NCBI GenBank assembly: GCA_965228735.1
Contig: OZ245838.1
Location: forward strand, 1,920,001 to 1,984,000
Origin: Planctomycetota bacterium
Lineage (GTDB): Bacteria > Planctomycetota > UBA1135 > UBA2386
Reading direction: 5' to 3'
Length of the DNA: 64,000 bases
This document shows, one piece after another, positions 38,723 through 48,572 of the stretch. The translations under genes and the position numbers were made by a program. How positions within the stretch are numbered: position 1 is the stretch's first letter; each line of letters starts with the position of its first letter. Below the pieces are notes generated by a model. It searched no databases, was not told the origin of the DNA, and saw nothing but the letters and a program-made list of their open reading frames with translations.

Positions 38723-38811
38723 GCCCAGGTGGCGGAATTGGCAGACGCGCTAGGTTCAGGTCCTAGTGGGATTAATATCCCATGGAGGTTCAAGTCCTCT
38801 CCTGGGCACCA
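38723..38811 (+). tRNA. tRNA-Leu (anticodon CAG)
   Basis: GCCCAGG...CCTGGGC-ACCA acceptor; anticodon arm CTAGG-TTCAGGT-CCTAG; long variable arm; GTTCAAGTC T-loop. Confidence 0.97.
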
Positions 38812-38822
38812 TTTCCTCTCTC

Positions 38823-38867
38823 CTGGCCCCTCTATCTGGCCCCTCTCTCTGGCCCCTCTCTCTGGCC
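38823..38867. repeat. 13-bp tandem repeat CTGGCCCCTCT(A/C)T x3.5 after tRNA-Leu
   Basis: Read directly; resembles the tRNA 3' segment CCTCTCCTGGG. Confidence 0.85.
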
Positions 38868-38921
38868 GGCAGCTTCGGGGCGTCGCGAGATCGAGACGGG
38901 TCGCGAGAGACGGAGCGTGTG

Positions 38922-40142
38922 ATGACTCTTCGAACGGAGCTCAACCACGACATCCCGGTCGCCCGACCCGGCGAGTTCGCGCCGCTGTCCCTCGGCCCCG
39001 CGCCCATCGGCCCCGCTTCGGACGGTACTCCGAACGGTGAACTCACGGTCGACCCGCCCGTCGTGCTCGCGCCGATGGCGGGCGTCACGAACGCGCCGTT
39101 CCGGTCGCTGTGCCGGCGGTTCTCGAACGACCGCTGCCTCTACGTGAGCGAGATGATCACGGCGCGCGCGTTCGTCGAAGGGCACGCCCGCACGCTCAAG
39201 CTCGCCTCGTTCGGCAGCGACGAGGCGACCAAGAAGAGCATCCAGCTCTACGGCACCAACCCGCGCACGCTGGCCGAGGCGACGCGCGTGCTCGTCGAGG
39301 ACTGGGGCGTCCACCACATCGACATGAACTTCGGCTGCCCGGTGCGCAAGGTCACGGGCAACGGCGGCGGCGCGGCGATCCCGGCGCGACCGAGTCTGCT
39401 GCGGCGCATCGTGCAGAGCGTCGTCGCGAGCGCGGGCGACGTGCCGGTGACGATCAAGTTCCGCAAGGGCATCGACGACGACCTGCTGACCTTCCTCGAC
39501 GCGGGCCGCATCGGTGAGGAGGAGGGCGTGCGCGCCGTCGCGCTGCACGCGCGCACCGCGGCGCAGCTCTACGCCGGCGACGCGGACTGGGACGCGATCG
39601 GCGAGCTCAAGCAGGCGGTGACGACGATCCCCGTCCTCGGCAACGGCGACATCTTCGAGTGCTGGGACGCGCTGCGCATGCTGCGCCACACCGGGTGCGA
39701 CGGCGTCGTCGTCGGCCGCGGGTGCCTCGGCCGACCGTGGCTGTTCGGCGAGCTCTGCGCGGTGCTCACGGGGCACGAGCCGCCGCTGCCGCCCGACTCC
39801 GGCGGCGTCGTCGACACGCTGCTCGAGCACGCGCGCCTGCTCGTCGAGTTCTTCGGCGAGAAGAACGGCATGCAGCAGATCCGCAAGTTCACGGGGTGGT
39901 ACCTGAAGGGCTTTCCGGGCACCAAGAAGCACCTGCCCGCACTTCACCTCGTGAAGACCTACGCGGAACTCGCGGCCGCGGTCGAGCCGATTCCACGCGA
40001 CCTGCCGTACCCGGAGAGCGCGCTGCGCGCCCGCCGCTGCAAGGGCGGCCGCACGCAGGTCGTCGCCCTGCCCCAGGGGTTCCTCACCTGCGCCGACGAC
40101 GACCTCGTCGTCGACGACCCGGAGTTCATGGACGGCGGCTGA
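38922..40142 (+). CDS. dusB: tRNA-dihydrouridine synthase B
   Basis: LAPMAGVT, IDMNFGCP, VTIKFR, LHART, GNGDI, GRGCLGRPW. Confidence 0.93.
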   Translation: MTLRTELNHDIPVARPGEFAPLSLGPAPIGPASDGTPNGELTVDPPVVLAPMAGVTNAPFRSLCRRFSNDRCLYVSEMITARAFVEGHARTLKLASFGSDEATKKSIQLYGTNPRTLAEATRVLVEDWGVHHIDMNFGCPVRKVTGNGGGAAIPARPSLLRRIVQSVVASAGDVPVTIKFRKGIDDDLLTFLDAGRIGEEEGVRAVALHARTAAQLYAGDADWDAIGELKQAVTTIPVLGNGDIFECWDALRMLRHTGCDGVVVGRGCLGRPWLFGELCAVLTGHEPPLPPDSGGVVDTLLEHARLLVEFFGEKNGMQQIRKFTGWYLKGFPGTKKHLPALHLVKTYAELAAAVEPIPRDLPYPESALRARRCKGGRTQVVALPQGFLTCADDDLVVDDPEFMDGG

Positions 40143-40214
40143 GAGGCCCCGTTCGGCACCCGGGCCTGCCAGCATGAACCCAATACCGTACGGCTAGGTC
40201 GCGGTACCGTACGG

Positions 40215-41507
40215 CTAGGTCGACTGGTTGGCGCGGATCTCGACGGTCGCGCCGCGGGGCAGGATCTCGAAGAGTTCGGCGATGTCCGGCGCGTACATCC
40301 GGATGCAGCCCATCGACGACATCGTGCCGATCGTCTCCGGCATCGGCGTCCCGTGCGCGCCGAAGCCGATGTAGGACGGGTGGCCGAACTTGATGAAGTA
40401 CTCGCCGAGGATGTTGTCCTGGTGGCCGTACGGCAGAACCCGCCCGTCCGGCGCGGTCCACTGCGGGCGTGGCTGCTTCGCGATCACGTCGAACGTCGTC
40501 ACGGGCGTCTTGTCGTTGGCACCGAGTCCGACCCAGTAGAGCCGCAGCAGCGTGTCGCCGACGTAGAGCCCGAGCGAGAAGCTGCGCTTCTCGACGATCG
40601 CGCGGATCGGCGCGACCGGCACCTTGAGGCGCTGACCAACCTGGATCGCGTTCTTGTTGTGGATGCGGTTGAGGGCCGCGATCGTGCCCTCCTCGACCAT
40701 GACGCCCTCGCGCCGGAATCGACCGGCGATGCGGTTGAGGCTGTCGCCGCTCTTGACCGTGTAGGACCGCGCGCCCGCGACGTTCTGCGGGTCGCAGAGC
40801 CAGCGGTCGGCGCGGATGCGATACTGCGCGTAGGCGCGATCGACCGCGGCGCGGGCGTCGGCGTCGTGCTTCCTGATGTGCCCGCGCAGGCAGAGTTCGA
40901 GATAGCGCGAGCCCGCGGCGACGGCCTCCGGATCGGGCAGCTTCATCGCCGCCTCGAACGCGCGGGCACCGAGCTCGCGACCGGTCGGCACGTGCAAGAA
41001 CGTGTTGTGCGTGCCGAGCCGCGCGAACAGCTGCGCGAACGTCGTCTCGGGCTGCAGCGCGTCACCCTGCAACGCACCGAGCAGTTGCTGCGACGGCCCG
41101 GCCAGCAGGCGCCCGGATTGCAGGGCGATCCACGCCTGCTCGACCGCCGCGGGTTCGCGGGCCTGGATGCGGGCGAGCAGCTCCTGCAGCGCCTGTTGGC
41201 CAGCAGCGTCGAGCGCCGCGGGCGCGGGGGTGGCGGGCGGCGCCGCGTTCTCGGCACCGTCAGCCGCGGCGTTCGCGGTCGGCTGCTGGGGGCTGCCACG
41301 CCCGAGCAGTTCCGAGAAGCCGGAGGTCTGCATGGTGTTGCCGCCAGCAGCCGGCCCACCCGGAACCTGACCGTTCCGATGCGCGCCGCTGTCGTCCACC
41401 ACACCGCCAACCGGATCACCTCCCGCCTGTGCCGTGGGCACGAAGTAGGAGTCATAGATCCACCAACAGACTGCCGCCAGCAGTCCGAGTACCAGTATCT
41501 GTCGCAT
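40215..41507 (-). CDS. Membrane-anchored LysM + L,D-transpeptidase (YkuD) protein
   Basis: YTVKSGDSL..IA (LysM); GAHGT...SMGCIRM catalytic motif. Confidence 0.92.
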   Translation of the reverse strand: MRQILVLGLLAAVCWWIYDSYFVPTAQAGGDPVGGVVDDSGAHRNGQVPGGPAAGGNTMQTSGFSELLGRGSPQQPTANAAADGAENAAPPATPAPAALDAAGQQALQELLARIQAREPAAVEQAWIALQSGRLLAGPSQQLLGALQGDALQPETTFAQLFARLGTHNTFLHVPTGRELGARAFEAAMKLPDPEAVAAGSRYLELCLRGHIRKHDADARAAVDRAYAQYRIRADRWLCDPQNVAGARSYTVKSGDSLNRIAGRFRREGVMVEEGTIAALNRIHNKNAIQVGQRLKVPVAPIRAIVEKRSFSLGLYVGDTLLRLYWVGLGANDKTPVTTFDVIAKQPRPQWTAPDGRVLPYGHQDNILGEYFIKFGHPSYIGFGAHGTPMPETIGTMSSMGCIRMYAPDIAELFEILPRGATVEIRANQST

Positions 41508-41553
41508 AACCGCCTCCGTGGGCGAGCGTACCCGATACGGGTGGGAAATCGAG

Positions 41554-41751
41554 AGGCTCCGCACCGCCATCACCGTCGGCGGAGGTCGGTTGAACCCTTG
41601 TGCTCAGGTGGGCTCCCCCCGGAGTGCCCAGGATGCGGGCGGGCAACGCCTCCCGCTCCCGGGGAAACTCACGAGGTCGGATCCCGGCGCGTGTTCATCG
41701 GTTCAACTTTATTGACCCGCGCTCAGCAACGAGTGCTGCAGTGCGGAGCCT
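41554..41751 (-). ncRNA. ssrS: 6S RNA
   Basis: About 198 nt. Terminal stem AGGCTCCGCAC/GTGCGGAGCCT; internal TTGAACC...GGGA...CCCACCTG...GGGTTCA hallmarks on the minus strand; intergenic. Confidence 0.75.
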
Positions 41752-41898
41752 TCGACAGGGGGCATAAGTCTACCCCGGGGAAAGCCCAATGCTACGCGTC
41801 CGGATCTCGGGAAAGCGTCGCCGAAACTTCCACGACAACTTCACTTGCGCCCGCGTCACGGCGAGTTCCGGGTCACTCCCACCGGCTACTCCCAGCGG

Positions 41899-42942
41899 CT
41901 ACTCCCAGCGGTTCTGGGCGATCGCCGCGAGCACCCGCTCTCCCGCCGCCAGCGCGAGCACGCCGTCCTCGCCGCTCACCCGCGGGCGGGCCCGCTCGCG
42001 GACGCAGCGCAGGAAGTCGGCGAGCTCGGCGCCGAGCGGGTTGCCTTCGCTGAGCTCGAGGTTCTTCACCTTGAGCAGGCCATCGAAGACGAACTTCCAC
42101 AGGTCGCCGACCTCTTCGCGGTCGATGCTCTGCAGATCGAGCTTCTCGAAGTCCCAGCCCGGCGTCTTCTCGACGACGAGTCCCTGCTGGGTCTGGAAGT
42201 CGAGGCTCGCGTAGCCCTGCTTGCTGAACACGCGCATCTTGCGCAGCGGCTTGAGCGCGACGCGATTGGCCGTGAGGTGCGCGACCGCGCCGTTCTCGAA
42301 CTTGATGATCGCGGACGCCATGTCCTCGGCCGGCGTGAACACCGCGCCGCCGAACGCCTCGACCGAGCGGATCGGGCTGTCGACGAGCGCGAGCACGAGA
42401 TCGAGATCGTGGATCATCAGGTCGAGCACGACGCCGATGTCCGTGCTGCGGAACGAGAACGGCGCCAGGCGCTGCGACTCGATGTAGCGGGCCTCCTTGC
42501 CGATGTGCGCGATCCCCTCGAGCGCCGGGTTGAACCGCTCGACGTGCCCGACCTGCAGCACGCGATCGTGCGTCTCGGCAACCTCGACGAGCGCCTGCCC
42601 GTCCTCGACGGTGCGCGCGATCGGCTTCTCGACGAGCACGTCCACACCGTTCTCGAGGAAGAACGTGCCGACCTCGCGATGCAGGCTCGTCGGCACGACG
42701 ACGGAGACGGCGTCGACCGCCCCCACGAGGTCGCGGTAGTCGCGGTGCACAGCACAGCCGTAGGTCTCCTCGGCCAGCGCGAGCGCCTTGGCATCGGTAT
42801 CCGCGACGGCAACGAGCTCGCACTCGTGGGCGAGCGTGCCGAACAACCGGGCGTGGTGCCGGCCGAGGTGACCGACGCCGACGACCCCGACGCGCAGCCG
42901 GTCGCCCGATTCGCGACCGTCGCCGCCCTGAGGCTCCGCCAC
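41899..42942 (-). CDS. Gfo/Idh/MocA oxidoreductase, GnnA-like (UDP-GlcNAc 3-dehydrogenase)
   Basis: GVVGVGHLG..HAR, VEKP, QVGHVERFNP, VVLDLMIHDLD; GTG overlaps the lpxC-fabZ stop. Confidence 0.85.
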   Translation of the reverse strand: MAEPQGGDGRESGDRLRVGVVGVGHLGRHHARLFGTLAHECELVAVADTDAKALALAEETYGCAVHRDYRDLVGAVDAVSVVVPTSLHREVGTFFLENGVDVLVEKPIARTVEDGQALVEVAETHDRVLQVGHVERFNPALEGIAHIGKEARYIESQRLAPFSFRSTDIGVVLDLMIHDLDLVLALVDSPIRSVEAFGGAVFTPAEDMASAIIKFENGAVAHLTANRVALKPLRKMRVFSKQGYASLDFQTQQGLVVEKTPGWDFEKLDLQSIDREEVGDLWKFVFDGLLKVKNLELSEGNPLGAELADFLRCVRERARPRVSGEDGVLALAAGERVLAAIAQNRWE

Positions 42943-44276
42943 TACGCGTCCACCAGCGTGAACTTCAGTTCGGCTTCGGCGACGAGGCGGCCGCCGACCT
43001 TGCAGCGCGCGCGGACGTGGCCAACCTGCGGCCGCGCGCGGATCGTCTCGACCTCGATCCGCAGCTGGTCGCCCGGCACGACGGCCCCGCGCAGCTTGAC
43101 CTTGTCGATGCTCCACAGCACCGCGAGCTTGCCCGTGTTGTCGAGCTTGCGCAGCAGCAGCAGGCCCGCGAGCTGGGCCATCGCCTCGAGCTGCAGCACG
43201 CCCGGCATGATCGGCTGCTCGGGCCAGTGCCCCTGGAAGAACGGCTCGTTGATCGTGACGTTCTTGATCGCCGCGGCGCGCTGGAAGCCCTCGAGCTCGA
43301 TCACGCGATCGATCATGAGGAACGGATACCGATGCGGCAGCAGGTTGAAGATCTGCCGGATGTCGAGGCCGGACACGACCGGCGCCTCGCCCTCGGCCTG
43401 CTCGCGCTCGCGCTCCTCCTGGATGCGCTTGACGAGCGCCATGTTGAGGCTGTGGCCCGAGCGCGTCGCGATGATGTGGGCGTCGAGATCGCAGCCGATG
43501 TTCGCGAGGTCGCCGACGAGGTCGAGGATCTTGTGGCGCGCGAGCTCGTCGTCCCACTGCAGCGCATTCTTCTGCGGACCATCCGGCCCCATCACGAGCG
43601 TGTTGTGCGTCGTCGCGCCCTTGCCGAGTCCGGCCGCGCGCAGCGACTCGACCTCGTGCTCGAACACGAACGTGCGGGCCTTGGCGATGTCCTGCTCGAA
43701 CGCGTCGGGCGTGAGCTCGAACATCGCGATCTGCCGCGTCTTGTGCGTCGTGCCGTTCTTCGCCTCGTAGTCGAGGTGATACTCGACCGACAGGCGACCC
43801 GAACCCGGCAGCGCGACGAGGCTGGCGTTGCCCTCGCGCACGTAGATCGGCTGCTGCACCGCGTAGATCTGGCGCGGCGACTTGAGCTCCACCGTGCCGC
43901 TCTCGCGCAGGCCGGTGAAGAACTCCATCGCGGAACCGTCGAGACCGGGCACCTCCTCGCCGTCGATCTCGACCGACGCGTTGTCGATGCCGAGCGCGTA
44001 GAGCGCCGCGAGCAGGTGCTCGCACGTGTAGACCTCGGCCTTGCCGTCCTGGATGCACGTGCGCCGCTGCCGCGCCTTCATGTTGGCACCGTCGGCGCGC
44101 ACGACCGGGTTGTCGTCGAGGTCGGTGCGCACGAACGTCACGCCCGTGCCGGCCTCGGCGGGCCGCACGACGACGCGGGTGTCCTTGCCGGAGTGCAGCC
44201 CGACGCCGCGATACTCGACGGGGCTCTTGAGCGTGCGTTGGGGCCGCGCGGGCGGCGCTTTCGGTTCGTTGGTCAC
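42942..44276 (-). CDS. lpxC-fabZ: Bifunctional LpxC/FabZ fusion
   Basis: LpxC: GVGLHSG, TCEHLLAAL, P.LDGSA, RHKILDLVGDL. FabZ: LPHRYPFL, EPFFQGH, MPGVLQLEAMAQ. Confidence 0.95.
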   Translation of the reverse strand: MTNEPKAPPARPQRTLKSPVEYRGVGLHSGKDTRVVVRPAEAGTGVTFVRTDLDDNPVVRADGANMKARQRRTCIQDGKAEVYTCEHLLAALYALGIDNASVEIDGEEVPGLDGSAMEFFTGLRESGTVELKSPRQIYAVQQPIYVREGNASLVALPGSGRLSVEYHLDYEAKNGTTHKTRQIAMFELTPDAFEQDIAKARTFVFEHEVESLRAAGLGKGATTHNTLVMGPDGPQKNALQWDDELARHKILDLVGDLANIGCDLDAHIIATRSGHSLNMALVKRIQEEREREQAEGEAPVVSGLDIRQIFNLLPHRYPFLMIDRVIELEGFQRAAAIKNVTINEPFFQGHWPEQPIMPGVLQLEAMAQLAGLLLLRKLDNTGKLAVLWSIDKVKLRGAVVPGDQLRIEVETIRARPQVGHVRARCKVGGRLVAEAELKFTLVDA

Positions 44277-44283
44277 GGGCGAA

Positions 44284-45096
44284 TCACTTGCCGGGGATAC
44301 CACTGGCGCCGCCCTTCGAGTTGGCGGGCGATGCCTTCTTGTCGCTACCGGTCGCGCCGCCCTTCTTGGGGTTCTGCGTGCCGTTCTTTCGGGCGTTGGC
44401 GGCGTCGAGCTTCTCGCGCTCCTTGCGCGGATCGTAGACGCTCAAATACTTGATGAGCGCCGGCGTGAGGTCGACCGACGAATCGGCGAACCAGACCGTG
44501 CGTTGCGCGAAGCGGCGCGCCTTCTCGCGCGTCGAGTCGGGCTCGCCGACCTTCTTCGCACCGATATCGAGCGAGTCCTGGGCCCGCAGCACGATCGTGA
44601 TGCCGTTGTCCTCCGCGACCTTCTTGATCGCGAACTCGAGGTCCTCGAACAGCCGCACCTCGAGCTCCTGCGCCTTGACGTTGAACTGCTGGCGCAGGAA
44701 GTCGGCCAGATCCTTCTGGTCACGCTGCCGCGACTGCAGCTCGAACTGCATCTCCGCGTACTTCGGCGCTCCCGGCTTGAGGATCCGCAGGCTGGCGATG
44801 AGTTCGTCGATCTTCTGGCTGCGCTGATCGAGCTGCGCCGTGAACTGCTCCGAGAGCTTCTGCAGCTCGGCCTCTTCACGGCGCGCCGTCGGGTAGTTGG
44901 CGATCGCCTTGTCGAGGTCGACGACACCGATCGTCACTGCCGGGATGGCGACCCCCACCTTCGGGGTAGCGGCCTTCGGGGTAGCGGGCGACTTCGACGC
45001 CTCCCGCACCTCGGCCTGAGCCGGCAGCGCCCCCCCGAGCGCACCCGTCAAGCTGATCAGCAATCCGACGAACGTACCGCGGCGTAAATGGACCAT
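44284..45096 (-). CDS. skp: OmpH/Skp periplasmic chaperone
   Basis: Signal peptide, IGVVDL, coiled coil, I..VA...G.TIVL, DLT..LI; lpx context. Confidence 0.8.
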   Translation of the reverse strand: MVHLRRGTFVGLLISLTGALGGALPAQAEVREASKSPATPKAATPKVGVAIPAVTIGVVDLDKAIANYPTARREEAELQKLSEQFTAQLDQRSQKIDELIASLRILKPGAPKYAEMQFELQSRQRDQKDLADFLRQQFNVKAQELEVRLFEDLEFAIKKVAEDNGITIVLRAQDSLDIGAKKVGEPDSTREKARRFAQRTVWFADSSVDLTPALIKYLSVYDPRKEREKLDAANARKNGTQNPKKGGATGSDKKASPANSKGGASGIPGK

Positions 45097-45165
45097 GCGG
45101 GGAAGGAAAGTAGCGGATGGGCCACCCGAAGGCCATCGCGGAGGTGCCAGTCCGCGGGATCGCCG

Positions 45166-46398
45166 TCAGGCCGTCGCGCCGATGGCCTGCCGCAGATCCC
45201 CGAGCAGCTCATCGGGATCCTCGAGCCCGACCGCGAGCCGCACCATGCCGTCGGCGATTCCTGCGGTCTGGCGCTCGGCCGCGGTCAGCGCCGCGTGGGT
45301 CGTGAACGCCGGGATCGTCGCGAGGGTCTCGATCCCGCCGAGGCTCGCCGCGCGGGCGATGACCTGCAGCCGATCGAGCAACGCCTTGGCGCGTTCGACG
45401 CCGCCGTCGACGGCGAACGCCAGCAGCGCGCCGCCGCCGCCCGTCATCTGGCGTTCGACGAGCTCGCGGTCCGGGTGCCCCGGCAAGCCGGGATACGTCA
45501 CGGCCGCGAGCTGCCCCTGCGCCACCATGCCCTGCAAGCCCTCGGCGACCGCGAGCGCACCCTGCTGCTGGGCCTGCAGCCGCAGCCGCAACGTCGGCCA
45601 GCTGCGCTGGATCAACCACGCCGGATCCGGCGCGAGCACGCCGCCGGTGTGGCGCCGGAACATCTCGATCGGGCCCAGCAGCGCGTGCGGGCCCGCGACG
45701 ACGCCGGCGAGCACGTCGGAGTGGCCGCCGAAGAACTTGGTCGCGGAGTGCGCGATCAGATCGACGCCGAGCGCCCGCGCGGACTGGATCGGCGGCGGCG
45801 CGAACGTGGCGTCGAACAGCGTGATCGCCCCGGCCTCGCGGGCCAGCGCGGTGATCGCGGCGATGTCACACAGCCGCAGCGTCGGGTTGATCGGCGACTC
45901 GAACACGACCATCTTCGGAGGCACCTCGGCTGGCCGCTGGAAGAGCGCGCGTAGGCCGTCGAGATCGAGCGAGCTGAAGCGGTCGACCTGCACCCCGAAG
46001 CGCGGCAGGTCCGCCGTCGAGAACGCCGCCGTGCCGCCGTAGATCTCGTGCGCGACGAGCACCCGATCGCCCGCCGACAGATGCGCCGACATCGCGGCGG
46101 AGATCGCGGCCATGCCGCTCGCGAAGCCGACCGCGCCGGCCGTGCCCTCGAGTTCGGCGACGAGGCCCTCGAACGCGCGCAGGTTGGGATGCCCGAGGCG
46201 CTGGTAGAACGCGGCGTCGGACTCGCCCGCGCCGACCGCGCGCAGGGTCTCCGCGTCGGGTTGCGCCGTCGTGCTGCTGCGATCGAGCACGGGGGCGAGC
46301 GGACCGACGGGCGCGTGCCGCGGGCTCGGCGTGCCGTAGAGCGGCGGCGTGGCGCCGGGATGCTCTGGCTGTGCGGACTGTTCGGAATCGGCGGTCAT
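45166..46398 (-). CDS. Cys/Met metabolism PLP enzyme (cystathionine gamma-synthase/methionine gamma-lyase family)
   Basis: YQRLGHP, FASGMAAI, ESPINP, DATFA, HSATKFFGGHSD, SLGGIETL, RLAVGLED. Confidence 0.93.
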   Translation of the reverse strand: MTADSEQSAQPEHPGATPPLYGTPSPRHAPVGPLAPVLDRSSTTAQPDAETLRAVGAGESDAAFYQRLGHPNLRAFEGLVAELEGTAGAVGFASGMAAISAAMSAHLSAGDRVLVAHEIYGGTAAFSTADLPRFGVQVDRFSSLDLDGLRALFQRPAEVPPKMVVFESPINPTLRLCDIAAITALAREAGAITLFDATFAPPPIQSARALGVDLIAHSATKFFGGHSDVLAGVVAGPHALLGPIEMFRRHTGGVLAPDPAWLIQRSWPTLRLRLQAQQQGALAVAEGLQGMVAQGQLAAVTYPGLPGHPDRELVERQMTGGGGALLAFAVDGGVERAKALLDRLQVIARAASLGGIETLATIPAFTTHAALTAAERQTAGIADGMVRLAVGLEDPDELLGDLRQAIGATA

Positions 46399-46447
46399 CG
46401 CAGTATCATGCCGCAACCGACGCCACGTCCGCACCGTCATCTCGCCA

Positions 46448-46867
46448 GTGCCGCTCCCGTCCCGCTCCCGGATCCGAATCGACGCGCGTGTGCAGCAGCA
46501 GCTGCTGCGCCGTGCGCGCGTCTGCCAGCCCCGCGAGATGGTCGCGGTCCTGACGGGGAACGGGGAGCACGTCACCGCGTTCGAGGAGCTGCAGAACCGC
46601 GCGACCGACGCGGACCGGTTCGACGTCGATCCGATCGAGTTCCACGCCGCGGTCGCGAACGCCGAAGCCGCCGGACGCGTCTTCCTCGGGTTCGCCCACA
46701 GCCACCCCGAGGGGCCGTCGCGGCTCTCCGACACCGACCGCCGCGAGCTCTGGCGCGACTGCGTGCAGGTGCTCATCGATCCGCACGGCGATCTCGCGGC
46801 GTTCCGCCTGCGCGGTCCGGGTCGCGCCGCGGTCGAACGCCTGGCCGTGCTCGGCGAAGCGTCGTGA
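46448..46867 (+). CDS. JAB/MPN (Mov34) metallopeptidase, Mec-like
   Basis: PRE...; HSHPEGPSRLSDTD JAMM motif. Start uncertain. Confidence 0.85.
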   Translation: MPLPSRSRIRIDARVQQQLLRRARVCQPREMVAVLTGNGEHVTAFEELQNRATDADRFDVDPIEFHAAVANAEAAGRVFLGFAHSHPEGPSRLSDTDRRELWRDCVQVLIDPHGDLAAFRLRGPGRAAVERLAVLGEAS

Positions 46868-47259
46868 CCGGGCCCGCGATCATCGGCATCGGGGTCGACA
46901 CGGTCACGATCGCGCGCATCGAGGAGCTGGTCCGGCGCGGCGGCGACCGGTTCCTGAATCGCGTCTACACGACCGCAGAGCAGGACTACTGCCGGGCACG
47001 CCATCGGCCCGGCGAGTCGCTGGCCGCGCGGTTCTGCGCCAAGGAAGCCGTGATGAAGTGCCTCGGCACGGGCTGGGCGCAAGGCGTCACGTTCCGCCAG
47101 ATCGAGGTGCGGCGCGACGGGGCCGGCGCCGTCACGGTCGCACTCACGGGTGCGGCGCAGGATCGCGCCCGCGCACTCGGGATCGGACACGTGCATCTCA
47201 GCCTCACCCACGACGGCACGACGGCCACCGCGTTCGCGGTCGCCGAGCGCGGATACTGA
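46864..47259 (+). CDS. acpS: Holo-ACP synthase
   Basis: IIGIGVD, LAARFCAKEAVMK, HLSLTHD. Confidence 0.95.
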   Translation: MTGPAIIGIGVDTVTIARIEELVRRGGDRFLNRVYTTAEQDYCRARHRPGESLAARFCAKEAVMKCLGTGWAQGVTFRQIEVRRDGAGAVTVALTGAAQDRARALGIGHVHLSLTHDGTTATAFAVAERGY

Positions 47260-48462
47260 TGCCATCAGTGTGGATTTGACGGATTCCCAGCCGATTCCGC
47301 ACCTGCCCATTGCACGACCCCGGAGGGCCTTTCGCGCCATCCGGAGTCAGCAATGAAGTTCATCCCGCCGCGATGCCCCTATCCCGACTGCGAACAGTTC
47401 GCGCAGCCAGAGCCACGGTTCTTCGTGCGCTACGGCTACTACAAGCCGCGATGCCGAAGGTGGCCGGTCCCAAGATTCCGCTGCCGGAGCTGCGGGCGGA
47501 CGTTCTCGCGCCAGACGTTCCGGCACGACTACCGCGACAAGCGCCCGGAGTGCAACGTCCCGTTGTTCAAGCTACTCACGAGCGGGTGCGGACTGCGCCA
47601 GGCCGGGCGGCAACTCGAGCTGGACGTGCACTCCGTCCAGCGGAAGTTCCGCAAGATCGCGCGGACGTGTCGCTGGCTGCATCGCAACCTGTGCTGGCGA
47701 CTTCCGGCAGGTCGGACGTTCGTGTTCGACGAGGAGGAGACGTACGAGAAGGCGTCGATCAAGCCGCTGACGTTGCCGATCCTGATCGACCGCGACACCT
47801 ACTTCATGGTCGCCACCATGGTTGGGCCGATTCGGCGGCTGGCCCCGAGCGGGACCGGCCGCCGTCGCCAGCAAGAGTCACTCGAGCGCCGCAATGGGCG
47901 TCGTCGAGACCGGAGTCGGCGATCCGTGCAGGCCGTGCTCACGGAGCTCCGCAGTCGAGTCGATGGCGGTGCGGTGCATCTCCTCAGCGACGAGAAGGCG
48001 ATGTACTCGCGCCTCATCCGGATCGTCTTCCGTGACGGCGCGACGCACGACACGACGCCTTCGACCCAAGCACGAGGCACGTTCAACCCGCTGTTTCCGA
48101 TCAACCTGACCTTGGCAATGAGTCGCGACAACTGCGGAAGGCTGCGGCGCGACAGCTGGCTGGTCACCGAGAAGCGCCGCTGCCTTCAGTTTCAGATGTG
48201 CATGTTCGTGGTCTACCGGAACTACGTGCGGGACCGTCACAACCACGACGCTCCGGGCGACACGCCAGCGGTCTTGCTCGGACTCGTCGACCGCGCCCTG
48301 CGTGCCGACGAGGTGCTCCGCTGGCGCCAGGATTGGCGGCGATCGAGCTGCCATCCGATGAGTCGATCCGGGCTGCGCGAGGTTGCGTAGACGGACGAAG
48401 GTTCGTTAACCCCTCCCACCCGACGAGTTGCCGGTGTCTGACAACACTCATGGCATCAGTAT
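47253..48462 (+). mobile_element. IS1-like/unclassified insertion sequence
   Basis: IRs: left ATACTGATGCCATCAGTGTGG, right (reverse complement) ATACTGATGCCATGAGTGTTG. The outer TA may be a target duplication. Confidence 0.8.
47353..48390 (+). CDS. Transposase with N-terminal Zn ribbon + HTH and RNase H-like domain (IS1-like)
   Basis: CPYPDC...RFRCRSCGRTFS, LRQAGRQL HTH, FDEEETYE, SDEK, RLRRDSW; bounded by IRs. Confidence 0.8.
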   Translation: MKFIPPRCPYPDCEQFAQPEPRFFVRYGYYKPRCRRWPVPRFRCRSCGRTFSRQTFRHDYRDKRPECNVPLFKLLTSGCGLRQAGRQLELDVHSVQRKFRKIARTCRWLHRNLCWRLPAGRTFVFDEEETYEKASIKPLTLPILIDRDTYFMVATMVGPIRRLAPSGTGRRRQQESLERRNGRRRDRSRRSVQAVLTELRSRVDGGAVHLLSDEKAMYSRLIRIVFRDGATHDTTPSTQARGTFNPLFPINLTLAMSRDNCGRLRRDSWLVTEKRRCLQFQMCMFVVYRNYVRDRHNHDAPGDTPAVLLGLVDRALRADEVLRWRQDWRRSSCHPMSRSGLREVA

Positions 48463-48572
48463 TGCGCCCGTGCGACGGGCGGGTCGGGTGCCGGATCGCA
48501 GCCGCGTCTCGATGCTGGACCGGCAGGTGTACCGATCTGCAGCAATCGCAGCCAGGCACCGAAGAAGCCGAG

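Noticed and set aside
38723..38920. Island integrated at tRNA-Leu
   Set aside because: Followed directly by housekeeping dusB; no integrase and no second copy of the tRNA 3' end noticed.
41899..44058. 719-aa ORF as a long oxidoreductase fusion
   Set aside because: The upstream part is an alternative frame over lpxC-fabZ. The real gene starts at GTG 42942.
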